From the NCBI GenBank assembly GCA_964035545.1, contig OZ037771.1, positions 6,233,190 to 6,297,189 of the forward strand: DNA of 64,000 nt. Reading direction: 5' to 3'. Below are positions 62,301-64,000 of this stretch, in pieces. The position numbers and the translations under genes were made by a program. The DNA is from Bugula neritina (Eukaryota; Animalia; Bryozoa). The notes under the pieces are model-generated. The model searched no databases. It saw only the letters and a program-made list of their open reading frames with translations, and was not told the DNA's origin. The first letter of the stretch is position 1; each line of letters starts with the position of its first letter.

Positions 62301-63149
62301 ATTGCCAGTTTTTGTGGTTTATAATTGAACAAAATTTTTGGCAAAATTCATAAAAGTTGTCTGAGATCAATCTGCATGGCCAAATATGTTTTTTTAACTT
62401 TTCAATTTTTACATGTTCATTTATGTTTGATTTGAGTGAGATTTTAAATAACAAACAATCCTTTCAAGTCAAACTTAATGAAGTGATTGCCAATAGTCAA
62501 AAAGTCGATGAAACATCAATTTCAATGTTGTTTATCAATTTGAGATTTTGACTGTAGAACTTGCCACGAAATCTATTCAATTGATTCCCATAGTCTTCTA
62601 ACAAAAATCATTTTCATCAGAGTTTTGTCTCAGTATGTACTGAGTTGAGTTGATTGACCTATGAGCTGACATCAACGATTAATACTTATTGACGATAATC
62701 ATGGCTTTGAGCTCAGTTAATTTCCAGCAGTTAATATCAACGAAAATATAATTAATATGGCAATCTAGTTAGTTAAGTATTATAGTAGGTGACCAACCTA
62801 GTCATACAATAAGTAATATTATTGACAGAATAATCATTATAATAATAATTGTTGCCAAACCCGAGAGGTTTGATGTATTTTCAGAGTTTACGTCAATTAC
62901 TCTCTAATAATGTCAGTCTGAGAATAGATACACAGGCTAACTAAACTACGGCTAGCTTACCTTTTTAAACTAGATTTGTTTTTGTTGAAGTACTGAGACA
63001 TATTTTGAATTGAATAACTGATTCTCTGTTTACAGAGGAGTTCTGTCAAATAAATGTGTTGGTTACTTGGTGTACCAACTCTCGGCTCTGGTGCCTGGCC
63101 TGTTTGGTGGAGATCCAACGAGTCGAAATACACAAAGAATAAAAGAGAG
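56276..63149 (+). CDS. tim: Timeless (Drosophila/tim1-type)-like circadian clock protein, 5' portion; gene continues beyond the window
   Basis: Exons 56276-56306, 56750-56890, 57117-57273, 57607-57778, 58092-58210, 59547-59664, 61317-61439, 61795-61904, 63036-63149, phases consistent. Collinear similarity to remembered TIM motifs: MEWYIMN..LG...DTYV, KDLIPMI, IRNVLYL, NCHGR...QILSLLY, LKRIVVQLL, SYLSWCLTYFL, VGYLVYQ. Confidence 0.8.
57288..57600. repeat. 30-bp minisatellite (ATAACTTGTATAACTAGTATGACTCATTGT-like), about 10 units, filling timeless intron 3
   Basis: TGACTCA-type motif recurs every 30 bp from 57310 to 57490, then at 57511, 57541 and 57571. Confidence 0.92.
60043..60108. repeat. 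Three copies of a 21-bp unit (GGCGATACGATGTTGTATAAT)
   Basis: Directly visible; likely part of a small repeat element. Confidence 0.8.
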
Positions 63150-64000
63150 GTAACTGGTTCATATATGTGTGTGTTATGCGTGTGTGCGCGCGAGTGTGTA
63201 TATTTGTTTGTGTATGTACATCCGCCAACCCACTCTCCACAATATCCTGGTGTACATGGCATTAATGTGTAGTCAGTAGTGCGTAACATGTAGTAATTAT
63301 TATGATCTTATACTGTATGAACTATAGGATACTACTGGACTACTTATTGTATCACGTGATGTTTACTGTGTAGAGCTATTGCTGAAGAATGTTCAGTTAA
63401 TCCACCATTAGGAGCTCTCTAATGACAACTTCACCAAGTGCTTTACATTAAAATCAATGCTGAAGTGGTATCTCTGCCTTGAGACAGTTGCAATTAATTG
63501 CTTTGCTTTTCTATGTAACATTAACAGAAAATAAGTTACTTAAAAATGCTTCTATATTTTCTCAAATTCATGGAAAATACAAGTGGTAAAAGATTACATA
63601 TCTATTATAAAAATAAAAGGGTTTGCTAATCAATGTTTTCCAGTTTTCCAGTGCCAAGAAAGTTTTAGTATAAAAAGCTTACCTTGCTCCTCAGTCATAG
63701 CTGTTTTCTTTTCCTTAGTAGTCTGGCTTAGTTCTAGGAACAATTAGATTTTCAATATAGTGAGACTCCAGCTGGTTTCATTAACTTCTCATCTCAAGAG
63801 GCACTACTTGATGTTCATTAACTTCACAAAATTAATAATTTATAGCATACAGCACTGTATTGTATTGCCACAAGATGCTTTCCGCTCATGACAATGGGGC
63901 GGGAATTATGCTTGAGATATAGAATAATACTGAAACATAACCTAGTAGGATTTATTTACCCTCTCATAGTGCATGTTAGGAGTTCACTTTTTAACTGAAA

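Overview
AT-rich, intron-rich eukaryotic (animal) genomic DNA, not prokaryotic. The gene set (Drosophila-type timeless, zeta-tubulin, pasiflora-like proteins, tRNA-derived SINEs) suggests an invertebrate, possibly a lophotrochozoan; that is inference. The supplied ORF track only catches exon fragments, so I spliced genes by hand using GT-AG sites and phase continuity. Seven genes: a complete aldo-keto reductase (+, 3161-7298); a GNAT-type acetyltransferase (-, 8683 to ~11156); a short SNRNP48 (U11-48K)-like gene that appears to lack its CHHC zinc finger (-, 11486-13615); a complete zeta/eta-type tubulin (+, 16425-24726); two tandem pasiflora/LAPTM-like tetraspan paralogs (-, 25213-30123 and 36508-42452); and the 5' part of a compact timeless (tim1-type) gene (+, from 56276, running off the window) with E-box and D-box motifs upstream. 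Repeats include six SINE copies, several MITE families, a 3.5-kb TIR element, decayed hAT and Ty3/Gypsy sequences, intronic minisatellites, and extensive 6-bp-periodic TAA-TAS/TSA-TAS low-complexity tracts with local palindromes. All homology calls come from remembered family motifs; no database search was run.
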